This document shows, piece after piece, positions 31,918-50,094 of a stretch of DNA of 64,000 nt. This DNA comes from the human T2T-CHM13v2.0 reference genome, Homo sapiens. The notes under the pieces are model-generated. The model ran no database searches, had not been told where the DNA came from, and saw only the letters and a program-made list of their open reading frames with translations. A program made the translations under genes and the position numbers. How positions within the stretch are numbered: the stretch's first letter is position 1; each line of letters starts with the position of its first letter. Where the stretch lies: NCBI RefSeq assembly GCF_009914755.1, contig NC_060947.1. The stretch is one strand, 5' to 3'.

Positions 31918-32372
31918 CCCATTTATTTTGCAAAAAGATTGGATCATATGGGGTATATTGTTTAGCAACTTGCTTTAAAAAAACATAGCTATCTTTTCAT
32001 GATAGTACATATAGATCCACTTCATTTCCTTTAAACCATTCAGAGGGTTCCTTTGCATAAATGTATACTTTAAAATGCAACCAATGAGCTCTAAATGCCC
32101 TTTAGACTTTAAAAAGTGTTCATTATTACAAATCATGCTAAAAGTGGACATTTTTACATACATATTTACTTATGTGTACCATTATTTTTGTATACATTTT
32201 TAGAAGTGAAATTGCTGTCTTAAAAGAACATGCACATTTTCTATCATCATAAGGCCCATCAAATTTGCCTCCAAAAGATTGGGACAATTTATAGTCCAAT
32301 CAAGAGTGTAAGTAAAAGTCAGCTTTCTGCAACACCATGTACCTTCAACACATCAAAAAAAATTTTGTCCCC

Positions 32373-33263
32373 TGTTATATCATGAAATATTTATTTAGTC
32401 TTCATTTCCATTTCCTGACACACAGCTAAAATCCTTGGACTCTCCCCATCGATGAGTGTCTTTTATATGATAATGAAATGACTGGTGGCTGGGGGCCCTT
32501 AGGTAACTTCAGAATGGGGTACTGAAAATGGGAAAGACCAAAGCAGGATTAAAAGGTTGGGACTTTCAGCCCCACCCCTTAACCTCTAGGGAGTAGAAAG
32601 GGGTGGAAAGTTGAGTTGATCACCAGTGGCCAATTATGTAATCAATCATGCGTACTTAATGAAGCCTCCTAAAAACCCAAAAGTATAGGGTTTGTTGAGT
32701 TTCTGAATAGCAGAATGTGTGGGAGTTCTTCAAGAGCTGCATTCCCAGAGAGGGCCTGGAAGCTCTGCGTTCTTTCTCCCATACCTCACCCTATGCATTG
32801 CTTTCTTCTGGCTGTTCATCTGTATGCTTTGTACTATCAGTTATTATAAACCAGTAAGTGTAAGTAAGTGTTTCCCTGAGCTCTGGGAGCTTCTCTACCA
32901 AATTAATTGAACCCGGGGAAGAGGTCATGGGAACCCCCAGTTTGTAGCCGATCAGCCAGAAGCTCAGACCACAATCTGTGCTTGTGTCTGGGATTTAAAG
33001 TGAGGAGCAGTCTTGGGGACTGAACCCTCAACCTGTGGGATCTGATCCTCTCTTTAGGTAGATAGTGTCATAATTGAATTTTTAAATTTAGAGGACGTCC
33101 AGCTGGTGTCTGCTGCAGAGGATTCTGCAGCACTGCTTGCTGGTGGGGAGAAATCCCCATACATTTTGGGGACCAGAAGTCACAGAAGTATTCCGTGTTA
33201 TATTATACTGAATGATTAAGAGTAGGAATAAACACACTTTGATTTTTCCTCTATGCCATAGAC
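32373..33263 (+). mobile_element. MER21-family solo LTR
   Basis: atgactggtggctgggggccc...gttgatcaccagtggccaat...tgtttccctgag...tcaacctgtgggatctga. Confidence 0.85.
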
Positions 33264-33690
33264 CCCTTCATCAAAATTACCCCTGTAAATCCTAGGATTG
33301 CAAGAAATAACACTTGACCATTATTATTTGTAGTGTTGCGTGGTGGTATGTTTGTGTTTCTGTTAATGTTTGCAGCTGCCTACAACTCCTCCCTCTTTCC
33401 TTTTGCACCTTCCTGGCTGCTTTTCACATGTGATAATTATTCCTTCTCTAACTTCAGGTCCAGGCCAAAATTAGGGATTTACAGAGAAAAGCATTCTTGC
33501 AACATTATACTTATGTACATCCTGAAACTGTATCTTAGGACAAATTCCTAGAAGTGGGACTGCTGGGATGAAAGGACACATATATTTTAAAGCCAAATGC
33601 TTTATAATATGCGCTTGTAACTCCCAAGTTTATCTCCTGTCTAACTCTCTTCTTAGTTTCAGACCTGATATTAAACAACTTACTTTCTTT

Positions 33691-34460
33691 ATGTTAAGTG
33701 AAATAAGCCAGGCACAGAAAGACAAACATCACAATGTTCTCACTTATTTGTGGGATCTAAAAATCGAAAGAATTGAACTCATGGACATAGACATTAGAAG
33801 GATGGTTACCAGAGGATGGGAAGAGTAGTGGGGGAGCTTATTGAGGAGGTGGGGATGGTTAATGGGTACAAAACTACTTAGAATGAATAAGACCTAGTAT
33901 TTGATAACTCAAGAGGGTGACTATAGTCAATAATAACTTAATTATCTGTTTTAAAATAACTTAAGTGGTGGCTCACATCTGTAATGCTAGCACTTTGGAA
34001 GGCTAAGGTGGGAGGAGAGCTTGAGCCCAGGAGTTTAAGACCAGCCTGGGCAACATGGCAAAATCCGGTCTCTACAGAAAATAGAAAAATTGTCTGGGCT
34101 TAGTGGTGCATGCCTGTAGTCTCAGCTACTAGGGAGGCTGAGGTGGGAGGATCGCTTGAGTCCAGGAGGTCAAGGCTGCAGTGAGCCATGATCCTGCCTC
34201 TACACCCCAGCCTGGAGGACAGAGTGAGACCTTATCTCAACTAAAAAAAAAAAACTTAAAGAGTATAATTGGGTTGTTTGCAACTCAAAGGATAAATGCT
34301 TGAGGGGATGGGTACCCCATCCTCCATGATGTGCTTATTTCACATTACACGTATGTATCAAAACATCTTATGTTTTGATATATATATAAATATATATACC
34401 TACTATGTGCCCACAAAAATTGAAAATTAAAAAATATTTTTATACAAATAAAAAGAAAAA
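33691..34460 (+). mobile_element. L1MA2-like 3' end with a nested AluJ (33966-34254)
   Basis: atgttaagtgaaataagccaggcacagaaagacaaacatc...cacaaaaatt; Alu dimer inside, flanked by aacttaa. Confidence 0.9.
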
Positions 34461-34924
34461 ATGAAATTGCTAATTCGAAATGTAAACATGCTATCTTATT
34501 TAAATTTCCGTTTGGCTAGTTACTAGGGAGGCTGAGTACTTTTGGTTTGTTTATTGGTTGTTTGGGTTTCTTATTTTGTGAACTATCTATGTTATGGCAA
34601 AACATTTCCGTTTTCTTTTTTAAAATAACTAAAATTTTCTTACTACAAAAATGTACATGTCATAAAATTTCAGACAGTGTAGGAATGTGCAACATGGCAA
34701 ATACGGTTCCCTAGATCAATCCTAACCTTGAGGAATCACCACTGCTGACAGTGTGAGAATTATAATTCCGGAATCTTCTAGAAATTTTTGAATGCCATCC
34801 ATTTGGCTTTACAGGCTCCTGAAGTTTCATTCATGGTTTTAGTATCTTAAGAGTTGTTTTGCCCACTGATGTCTTTGTCAAATAAAGGTAGTAGGTTTAT
34901 TTTGACAAACCTACTTTTGTTTCA

Positions 34925-36530
<1,606 letters not shown>

Positions 36531-36714
36531 ATTCATTTATTTTTTTAGAGTAAATGGCATGTATTACTTGAAATTCCAGGAATAGGAAAAGCCAGGCAAA
36601 TTATATCACCATCCATATTTTCACATAGAAACACTGAATTTCTCCATTTCACATTATTTGTAACATTTAGCCTTGTTTTAATTTTTTGCATATCAAAATG
36701 TGAAAGACACTGAC

Positions 36715-37088
36715 TGCTATGGACTAATGTTTGCGAACTCCCTAAAGTCATATGTTGAAACTCTACCCCTACCTTTGATACTATTAGAAGGTGGGGCCTT
36801 TGGGAGATGATTAGGATTAAATGAGGTCATGAAAATGGAGCCCTCATGAATGGGATTAGTGCACTTCAAAGTGTCATGAGAGAGATTGCTTCCCTTTTCT
36901 GCTCTCCACCACGTGAGAATACAATGAGAAGTCGGAAGTCTGCAACCTAGAAGAGGACCCTCACCATAACCTGACCATGCTAGCATCCTAATCTCAGATT
37001 TTCAGCCCCCAGAACTGTGAGAAATGAATGTCTGTTGTTTAAGCCACCCAGTCTATGGCATTTTGTTACAGCAGTTGGAGCTAAGACA
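36715..37088 (+). mobile_element. MLT1A MaLR solo LTR
   Basis: tgctatggactaatg...ctaagaca; perfect 5-bp TSD ctgac. Confidence 0.92.
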
Positions 37089-37482
37089 CTGACTTTCACT
37101 TTTTGAAACTAGATGCCACTAATAAGCAAAGTGTTAGAGTGAATGAGGGACACCGAAAGTTGTAATATCTACATTTTTGAAAGAAAAATTTTGCAGTTAC
37201 AAAATAACTGATAAAACAATTTGAAATTATCTTTGAGTTTTAGAAATATTGGGAGACACTTGGTCACTTGCAAATCTTAACTATTCTGATAATGCTATGG
37301 ACATGGAGGGGAGTCTGGAATTCAGAATGCCTATGTAATGTCTTTTTTCTAGTTTTGGAAACAAACAAGTAGTAATTTATCTTTCTAAAATGTCTAAGAT
37401 GAATGGAAAAATGTATATAGATGAAATTTTTCTTTTAATCGAGAAATTTCAGAGAGCAAATGCTCACTTTTCTCCACTCCTG

Positions 37483-38300
37483 TGTGATATTGTGAAATAT
37501 ATATTGGGTCATCATTTCCATTTCCTTGTATACAATTCCTAAAACCCTTGGAATCTCCAAAGTTTTGTTTTTTTGTATGCTAATGAGATGACTGGAGGCT
37601 GGGGCCCCTAGGTATTTCAGGATGGGGGCTGGTCATGGGAAAGATCAAGGCAGGATTAGGTTGGAGCTTTCAGCTCCAACCCCCAACCTCCAGGGAAAGG
37701 AGAGGGGCTGAACGTTAAGTTGATCACCAATGGCCAATGATGCAATCAGTTATGCCTATCTAATGAAGCCTCCATAAAAACCAAAAAGAACTGGGTTTGA
37801 AGAGCTTTCAGGTCACTGAACACGTGGAAGTTCCTGAAGGATGGTGTGCCCAGGGAGGGCACAGAAACTCCACGCTCCTTCTCATACCTCACCCTATGAA
37901 TCTCTTCATCTGTATCTTTTGTAATATTCTTTAATAATAAACTGGTAAATGTAAGTGTTTCCCTAAGTTTTGTGAGCCGCTCTAGAAAATTAGTTGAACC
38001 CAAGGAGGGGATTGTGAGAACTCCAATTTATATTCAGTTGGTCAGAAGAACAGAAGAAGAAAAACAGCCTGGGGCTTGTGATTGGCATCAGATGTTGGGG
38101 AGCAGTCTTTGGGACTGAACCTTCAACCTGTGGGATCTGACCCTGTCTCCAGGTGGATAGTGTCACAATTGAATTAGAGGATATGTAGCTGGTGTCCCCT
38201 GCAGAATTCATTACTTGCTTTGATTACATGTTTGGTTACTGAAGTCTTCTGTATTGATTGTTCGGTGAGAGTATAGGAGAAACAGAGTTTATGTTTACCC
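37483..38300 (+). mobile_element. MER21-family solo LTR
   Basis: tgtgatattgtgaaatat...cccttggaatctcc...gttgatcaccaatggccaatgat...aataaactggtaaatgtaagtgtttcc. Confidence 0.88.
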
Positions 38301-38419
38301 TAGTTTTAATCAAGTTCTTTATCTTGCTTTCTTTTTTCTTTCCTTCTTTCCGTCCTTTCTCCCTTTTTCTTTCTGTCCTCCCTCCCTCTCACCTTCCATT
38401 CCTTCTGTTCCTTTTAATC

Positions 38420-40895
<2,476 letters not shown>

Positions 40896-41089
40896 TCTTC
40901 ATCTAATCGATATTGCTCTTGATTTATTCTCCATCTAGAGAGATTATTTAAAACATTAAATTACACCAAGTCACTACTCATCCTAAACACACCAGTGAAT
41001 TTCTATCCTGTTTGAAATCCAAATTGCCCCTCTTGGCTTATAAGGCCCTCCATGCCCTTCTTCCCCAACTTTATCTCATATTGCTTTTC

Positions 41090-41680
41090 TTTTTTAAAAG
41101 TTAATTTATTTTTAAATTGACAATAAAAGTTTACACATTTATTATGTATGACTTGATGTTTGAAATATGTATACATTGTGGAATGGCTAAACTGAGCTAA
41201 ATTAGCATATGTATTACCTCACATACATATCTTTTTTTTTTTGTAGTGAGAACACTTAAAATTTACTCTCTTAGCAATTTTTAGGAATATAATATAGTTG
41301 TCTCTTGGTATCATTGTGGGCTTGGTCCTAGGATCCCGTGGCTACTAAAATCTGGATGCTCAAGTCCCTGAACTAAAATGGTGTAGTGTTTACATATAAC
41401 CTAGGCACATCCTCCTGTATATTTTAAATTATCTCTAGATTACTCATAATACCCAATACAATGTAAATGCTATGTAATATTTGTTACACTGTATAGTTTT
41501 TTTGAAAAGAGATTATTTTTATTGTATTGCCATGGTTAATTGTTTTTTTTTTCTGAATATTTTGAATCTGCAGTTGGTTGAATCCACTGATGCAGAACCC
41601 GTGGATATGGAGGGCTGACTGTACGTTGCCATTTACTATAGTCACAGTAGATCTCTTGAACTTATTCCTCCTATCTTCAT
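41090..41680 (-). mobile_element. L1MA 3' end interrupted by MER2 (41295-41623)
   Basis: tgtatacattgtggaatggctaaa...cttagcaatttt, then MER2, then agatctcttgaacttattcctcct. Confidence 0.8.
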
Positions 41681-42777
41681 ACAACTTTTCTTACTCTGCA
41701 TGGTAGCCACATGGACCATACTCTCTCCTGCCACAAGCTCTATATCATGCTATCCCTTTCCTTGGACAAGCCAGTTTCTTCAACTCCATTGCCTCTTTGT
41801 TCTAATTCAAAATTACATGTGAAAACCCTATCCATGAAAGAATCAGTCCAATTTCTTCCTTTTTGTTCCTAATATTGTTTCTGTGTGCTGCTGAGAAAAA
41901 TAACATAGCCTCAAGATTTGGTCTCAAGGTCCAGGTGTGCCCAATATTTCTTCAGTATTTCTCTACAATCATCTCTTAGACAATTTTCACAGTGACCACA
42001 TCACACTTTTTCCATTGTTTTCAAACCTCTGAACCTTCACCATCTCATCATTTTTTCCTATTTAGTGCTAAGCCCTTCATCTTTGTTTTGGATCCCTTTC
42101 CCTCTTGCATCCTCTGTGGCCTTATTCCATCAGCTATTCTCAATTTCTTCTGTAGTTTCAACTTCTCTTCCAGCTCCTTTTCCAACAGATTTCAAATATA
42201 CTCAAATTCCTCTCATAAAAAGGCAAAAAAAAACACAACCCAACAAACAAACCTTTCCTTACCCCATACCTCTCACCAGTTATTGCCCTCTCTCTCTCCT
42301 GCACTTCCCATCCAAACTACTAGAAATAACTGTGTACATTCTTTATTCCCACTTTCTCACCATCCACTCTTTACTGGAGAGGTAGTGACCTCTCCTATGA
42401 AATTGCTCTTGCCAAGGTCATAAATAATACCATCGTTGTTAAAGGGATAATTCTCAGTCTTTACATTTAAGTTATCTCTTACTAGCATTCAGTCACTTTC
42501 TCCATTCTAAAATATTTTTTTTCCTGTATACAAGGAAAATCCATGATCCTTGTTTTTTTCCTTTTTTAATTTTTTTCCTATGACCCTTGTTTAAAAGTCT
42601 AAACATTTTGGAAATGTATAATATAGAGATGAAAGAGCCCTGTAATCTCATCCCCCAGTCACCAGGACTGTTAACAGATCAGTGTTTATTCTTCCAGACT
42701 TTTTCTCTATGCCAAAACTAATGTACTGTATATAACAATAATTTTTGGTTAAAAATAACTTACAGTTTTTTGCAGAC

Positions 42778-43050
42778 TTTTTTTTTTCTTTTTTGAGACA
42801 GAGTCTCATTTTGTCACCCGGGCTGGAGTGCAGTGGCCCAATCTCGGCTCACTGCAGCCTAGACCTCCTGGGTATTAATAGCTGGTATTACAGGTATGCA
42901 ACACCACACCTCGCTAATTTTTTTGGTATTGTTTTACAGACCGGGTTTCGCCATGTTGCCCAAGTTGTTTCCAACTCCTGAACTCAAGCGATACGCCTAC
43001 TTTGTCCCCCTAAAGTCCTAGAATTAGAGGCGTAAGCCACCACACCGAAC
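42778..43050 (-). mobile_element. AluJ with an internal deletion
   Basis: Antisense Alu missing ~25 bp after cctcctgggt. Confidence 0.85.
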
Positions 43051-43324
43051 AAGAGCCTCCTTTTTACTTAATGTATCTTGGACTGCTTTCCATGGCAGTC
43101 CATATAGCTCTACCTCATTTCTTTTAAGTGATTCATCTTTCTTCCATGGCAAAGATTTACTGTAATTCATGGAACTCTCCTGTGTTGATAGATGTTTACC
43201 AATGTTCACCATTACAAACAATGCTGCCGTAAACATTCTTGTAACTTGTGCAAGTGCTTCCTTGGGACAAATTTGTAGAGCTAGAATTAAGATATGTTAA
43301 TACTGTAAGAGAATACTTTTAAAA

Positions 43325-44043
43325 AAATTATACTTTAAGTTTTGAGGTACATGTGCACAACGTACAGGTTTGTTACATATGTATACATGTGCCATGTTGG
43401 TGTGCTGCACCCATTAACTCGTCATTTAACATTAGGTATATCTCCTAATGCTATCCCTCCCCCTCCCCCCACCCCACAACAGGCCCCAGTGTGTGATGTT
43501 CCACTTCCTGTGTCCATGTGTTCTCATTGCTCAATTCCCACCTATGAGTGAGAACATGCGGTGTTTGGTTTTTTGTCCTTGTGATAGTTTGCTGAGAATG
43601 ATGGTTTCCAGCTTCATCCATGTCCCTACAAAGGACATGAACTCATCATTTTTTATGGCTGCATAGTATTCCATGGTGTATATGTGCCACATTTTCTTAA
43701 TCCAGTCTATCATTGTTGGACTTTTGGGTTGGTTCCAAGTCTTTGCTATTGTGAATAGTGCCTCAATAAACATACGTGTGCATGTGTCTTTATAGCAGCA
43801 TGATTTATAATCCTTTGGGTATATACCCAGTAATGGGATGGCTGGGTCAAATGGTATTTCTTAAGTTCTAGATCCCTGAGGAATCATCACACTGACTTCC
43901 ACAATGGTTGAACTAGTTTACAGTCCCACCAACAGTGTAAAAGTGTTCCTATTTCTCCACATCCTCTCCAGCACCTGTTGTTTCCTGACTTTTTAATGAT
44001 TGCCATTCTAAGTGGCGTAAGATGGTATCTCATTGTGGTTTTA
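43325..44043 (-). mobile_element. 5'-truncated L1PA 3' end (~0.7 kb)
   Basis: Very similar to 25680-26390; ORF2 C-terminus in ORF 43531-43773. Confidence 0.95.
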
Positions 44044-44169
44044 TTTTAGTACAAATATGTGGTTATTTAGAAGTTTGGATAATACATCAAGGTTTAAAGA
44101 AAATAAAAGTCACCACCAATTTCCCATTCATAGATAACCAATTGTGTTTGTCATTTAGTGTGTGTCTAC

Positions 44170-45810
44170 AGTAGTATTGTGCTATCATTTTATATACATT
44201 AACTCACTTAACCCCTGTGACAGTCCTGAAGGGTCAACATTATTATACCCAATTTTATAGGTGAAGAAACTAACTCTTGGAGGGAATGAAGAAACTTATT
44301 AATGATTGCATAACTGATAGGTAATGGAGTTAGCATTCTGGCCAAAGTGCTGTGCTAGCATCTCTACATGTGCAAAACATGGAACTATTATCTCTATTCT
44401 TTATATCAGGAAACTGAGGCTAAGAGAGAGGTTAGATGTTTTGCTCTGGGTCAACAGTGAGTAATTGACAAAGTTAAGTTTCCAACCTGGGTCTGACTTC
44501 AAAGCCTTTTCTTTTTCCTCTAGATCACATTTTCTACCTCTTCTTACTATAAATATTTTTATGATATTTTACAATTATGAAAGTAATGCACATCTATGAA
44601 ACTGTAGAAACCATGTTCAAACTTAGAGAATAAAATGTACATACCAAATAGTCCCAGCCCCCTACTAATAACTATTCTTCTGGTGTATTTCCTTCCATTA
44701 TTTTCTATGGACCTTCAGGCCTTCTTTCATTTGGTGCCTTAAGGACTTCGCATACTTGCTCTTCCTGTTTGGCCTCTTCTTCCAGATATTCACTTGGCTG
44801 GTTGTTTGTCATTCAGGGCTTAGTCTAAATATTACCCTCTCAGAGAGTGCTTTGCTGACCATCTAACCTAAAGTAGCCCAAAGTTACTTCTAGCTCTTAC
44901 TCTGTTTCATATTCTGCATAGTACTTTTTGTTTTTTATTTTGAAGTTTTTGTTTCACTTTATCCCTACCCCAGAAGCTATACAATGACATACAGCAAGGT
45001 AAGAACTATGCGTAACTTGATCCCTTCTGTATATCTTCTGTGTCTAAAACTTGGTACATGGTAGGCACTCAGTAAATGCTTTTGAGTCTCATCAATGGAT
45101 GAATATTTCTAGAACCGTGCTAGAAGTAAGAGAAGTTTACAGATAATTCTTTAGTAAGTTTAGTTGTTCAGGCACTGTTACCACACAACTCTCTGTTTGC
45201 TTATTGAACCATGTTTTTTGGGGGGCAATGCTTATCTCTCTGAAAAGTTCGAATGCCTAGACCATAATTTGCTCTCTTAACTACTATATTAATGCACCTT
45301 GCTTTCTAACATATTATTAAATAGCTACTTGTTTATTGTATGTTTTACCCGATTAGAATGTAGGCTCTAAAAGGGCAGATAGCCTTCCTTTTTTTTTTTT
45401 CAGTGCTGTATCTCCAGCACCTGGGATGGTGCCTGGAAAATAGAAGATGCTCCGTAAATATATGTTAAACAAATAAATATCTCCTGATATCAATGATGGT
45501 CTGCCCCTTGGGCTAAGAAAACCGGATCTGTGGGCCACATGGATTATATGGTTTCCAAGTCAGTCTTCATATATGTAAATTGCCTTAGGAAGGAGAGAAG
45601 ATGTCATGGAGGAAAAGAAGTTAGTATTTATCAAGTTCCACACATGTATGAGGCATCTAAATTTTCTCTCTTCTACTCACAACTTTTTGAGGTAGGTATT
45701 ATTCCCACTATGTAGATGAGGACACTCAGGCTTAGAAAAGTTGAGTAACTTGATCTAGGCCACCCAGCTAGGAGGTGACTGAGCAAGAAATCAGTATCAA
45801 ATAGTATTCT
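44170..45810. mobile_element. Cluster of MIR and L2 fragments
   Basis: MIR cores (attttataggtgaagaaact; gaaactgaggct; tgtagatgaggacactcaggcttag) and L2 3' ends (tagaatgtaggctc...gtatctccagcacct). Confidence 0.7.
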
Positions 45811-46491
45811 GAAGTCCAATGGGTGATATTCACCCACAGACTCAGAAAGTTAGTACAGTCTTCATTCTGGTCACTACTAGGTTTGAATCCCGTTGCACTT
45901 TTATATAGGAATTGTTAAGGTACTACAAAGTCTCTAGATGGATAACATTGTTTTTTAATACATCTCAGTGTATTGGTTAATATTTTTCAATGAGATGTAT
46001 TTTTTAGCTAGAAAATAAATTAAAAATGCTTTCTGTATTGCCTAAACCACCATTTAAAGACATATGAAAAACAATAATAAAACATTTCCATCACATGTTA
46101 TAGACAGAGGATTAATATATTTGATATGTAAAGATCTTTTACATCTTCCACCAGAGAGATGGTCAGAGGATATGAACAAGAGATTTAGAAAAGCAACTAA
46201 TATAAAGAGATGCTCAGTAGCATTAATAATTCAAAAATTATAGTAAAATAAAATTACTTTTCATGCCTATCAGGCTGACAAAGATGAAAAATGTAATTGA
46301 GAGTCAGCACTATGTAAGATGTGGCAAAAGAGGTATTTTCATACTGTGTAGAAGGCATGTAAATTGCTGCATTTTTCTGGAAGAGAATTTGGAATTATCT
46401 ACTACAATAAAATGTATTCATACCATTTGATTCAAAAATTCCACTTTTGTATATTCCTACAAAATTCCTCTTTTAAATATACAAACATGCC

Positions 46492-46794
46492 AGCCAGGTT
46501 GGTGGCTCACTGCTATAATCCCAGCACTTTGTGGGGCTGGGGTGGGAGGATCACTTGAGGCTAGGAGTTTGAGACCAGCCCAGGCACCATAGCAAGGCCT
46601 ATCTTTACAAAAAATAAAAAAAAAATAGCCCAGCTGGTGGTGTGTGCCTGTAGTCCCAGCTTCTTGGAAGGTTGAGGCAAGAGGATTGCTTGAGCCCAGA
46701 AGTTTGAGGTTACAATGAGCTATGATTACACCACTGCCCTCCATCCTGGGTGACAGAATGAGACCCTGTCTCTAAACAAACAAACAAACAAAAA
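46492..46794 (+). mobile_element. AluJ inside an L1ME-type fragment (~46050-47280)
   Basis: Alu dimer with (AAAC)n tail; flanks look like a decayed L1 3' region. Confidence 0.9.
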
Positions 46795-47977
46795 TGAATG
46801 TACAAAAATTAATTGCAGTAGTATTTCTAACATTGAAAATTATAACAGTGAATCAACAGAAAAAATATTGAAAAATCAAAAATGACTAAATCTCTATGAA
46901 TGAGAGAAATGATAGGTATATTTCAGTATGGTACTTTCAAACAATAAAATACTCCACAGATCTAAAGAGAAATGAAGAAGCATTCTTCATTGGAAAGTTT
47001 CATTTGAAAGTTGCATTGACAGTAATATGTCCAAGATATATTAAATGGGGAAAATCTTGCAACAAAGTTATAATTGTTTTGTAAAAAATATATTTTCAAA
47101 TCCATATACGCACCTTCAAATTAATAAAATATATACATAAAATATTAACAAATATTAATATCATTAGTTCTTTAAAAAGAAGACCAACAATTAGGGGAAG
47201 TGCAAATGAATGATTTTTCCCTTTTTGCTTTCATGTTTTCTAAACATTCCATAATGAATATGCACTATTTGTGTAATAATAATTAAAGAATAAGGATGTA
47301 TTTTCATCAGAAATTACCAGGGTATATTAATATAAGCCTAGAAGATATAATAGCCAATAAATTTAACATGCTGTAAATTCCTTTTTGGCCCCATGCAATA
47401 TAGATGAAGATATAATTTCAGAGATACTATACGTAAAATGTTAAAAGAGTGAGGACACATATTGATGACATGAAAGGTGTACCTACAGCCATTTTCATGA
47501 ATTGGCATTACTTCAAAAAAGAAAACAAAAAATGGGAAAGTGTAAATCCCCAGACTATGTAAATCAGATGCAGGAACAATGCCAGTGGTCTCATCAAGAT
47601 GCGAATAGTGGGGGAAATCTCATGTAAGACTTTCCACTGAGAAGCTGACTGGATAGAGTGCTTGCAAAATAGCCCCAGCTCCCACAGAGACTTACCACAG
47701 ACACTGAAAGTGGAAAGTGTTAAGAGAAAAACCAGTCTGTTCTCTGGAAAAAAGGGTCAAGGATAGGGTGAGGGTCAGGGATGGCTGTTGCATGCATAGC
47801 TTGGTAATAAAAAACAGTCTTTTGACATTCATCACTGACATTTTGAAGTAGCCTTTGCATAACAGCTGCATTAAATCAGCCTGGTCAAAATGTCCTGCTT
47901 TTCTCTGAGAGAAAGGGCCTCTGCAAGAGAAAATAGCATGCAGGATGGCAACTCTGGGTCTAAAGATGAAGATAACT

Positions 47978-48277
<300 letters not shown>

Positions 48278-49871
48278 TCACTACATGTATTACTGAAGAA
48301 TTTGTACCATTCCTCCAACTAAGGCAATTCTATAGTGTCAGGGATGAAAGGCACTTGCATTTATTGAGCGAAATCTAAACTGTGTCCAGGAGACACATTA
48401 GGAGGCCTGGGATAAAAGCAGATGTTAGAAGTCCTAGGGAAAATGTGGAAAGATATTTTTGGAAGAAAACTGAGGAATAGATGGCATAAGTATGACTCGA
48501 GGTGGAAGAACTTAGGAAAGACACAAGAAGAATGAAATGAGTTGTAAAATCACCCAAACACTTCTAGATAAGCTGGATCTCTGGCCTCTAAGGAAAGGGT
48601 ATCTGCAAAGGAAGATGGCTATCATGAGGCACCAGACTACACAGCATTCTTGTAGATAAGTGAGGACTGGTAATGAGAAAGATGACTAGGTAATCAGAAA
48701 AAGCCTGGTACAGAGACAGTAGGTCCAACTTTGTTGCAAAGGACTGTGTATTACTGATGATTAATTCCAATACCCATGGAATACCATGCACTGGTATAAA
48801 CAGATGATCAAGCAACATATGGGATATCTCAGCAGATTCCTTCTTGGACAAGAGATTTGGATACCAGAATGCTTCCCCTAACAACATTCTCATACTATAT
48901 AAGACACTGCACTCCAGACCTTATGTCCAACTCCAGAAAATGAGGGCAAAATATCTAAGAGAACTATGTATCCAACTGTCCCATCACAGGCAATGTATCA
49001 GGCTGAAAATTAATCAGTGGATACTCAAGAATAAAATAAGATCTACATAAGCAGAAAATGTAAGCTGATAACATTCTCTCATGATAAAGCAAACCCTCTT
49101 CTTTTAACTTTAACTTTGAAGTAAAAAGGCAAACAAGTAAAATCTACACAATATGTATGTAAGTAGTGGCCAGTGTGTTTAAATGTAGAAGGTAGGATTC
49201 CTTAAAAGCAAAAATTATAGTATTATGATTAGGTAAATCTTGGAATTAATTTAGGAAGGAAGCAAAATAAAATTTTATCATTATTATCTCTTATTTCATT
49301 CTTTATATGACATTCAAAATTTGAGGTTTTATTCTAACACTAACATAATATTAGCCACCTTTATAGGTTAAAAAAGTCAAGAATACTCCCAACTAGAAAA
49401 TGAATCCTGGGGTTATTTATGTTTGTATTTTGCAGTAGCAGTAGAAATAGGTGGCTGGTCTGGAATATTACTTCTGAATGCTGTTTACTATGCTAGTTAT
49501 TTGTAATAGTGGTGCCAAGAGTTAATAAATAAAAGCTCTTTTTTTCCCTGTTACCTTTTAGGGTCCTGAGCCCTTTCCACTTGTGAAGAGATAATGATTC
49601 CAGCTTCCAAGAGATGTTGTAGTGATTTAGAGGTACCCATAAAACCTCAGCATCAAATCCAATAAAAAATGCTGAGCGCTAACCAGTGGTAAGGGTCCAT
49701 GTATAACATGAATCAACGAGTGAGAGGTGCTGAATTAAGGAATAACATCTCATAGTTCAATCAACACTTAGGATTTGAATATTGATTGCTTTGATATACA
49801 AGTACATGTGCTTTCAAGTCCTTCCTTTACTCACGGTTCAATTTTTGTACGGACTATACCATCTACTAGAT

Positions 49872-50094
49872 CAGGGATTTGTAATATGGCCTCTGAGCCA
49901 AATCCAATCTATCCTCTGATTTTGTACATAAAGCTTTATTGGAATATACCCACACCCACTCATTTATATTTGGTCTCTGGCTGTTCTTGAACTACAACAA
50001 CAGAGTTGAATAGTTGAGACAAAGACTACATGACCCCAAAAGACCAAAATATTTACTGTCTGTTTCTTGACTGAAAAAAGTTTGACAACTCCTG
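49872..50094. mobile_element. MER58A hAT-Charlie MITE
   Basis: caggg...ataaagctttattggaat...agagttgaatagttg...aaaatatttactgtctg...cctg; TSD-like tactagat/ggctagat. Confidence 0.8.
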
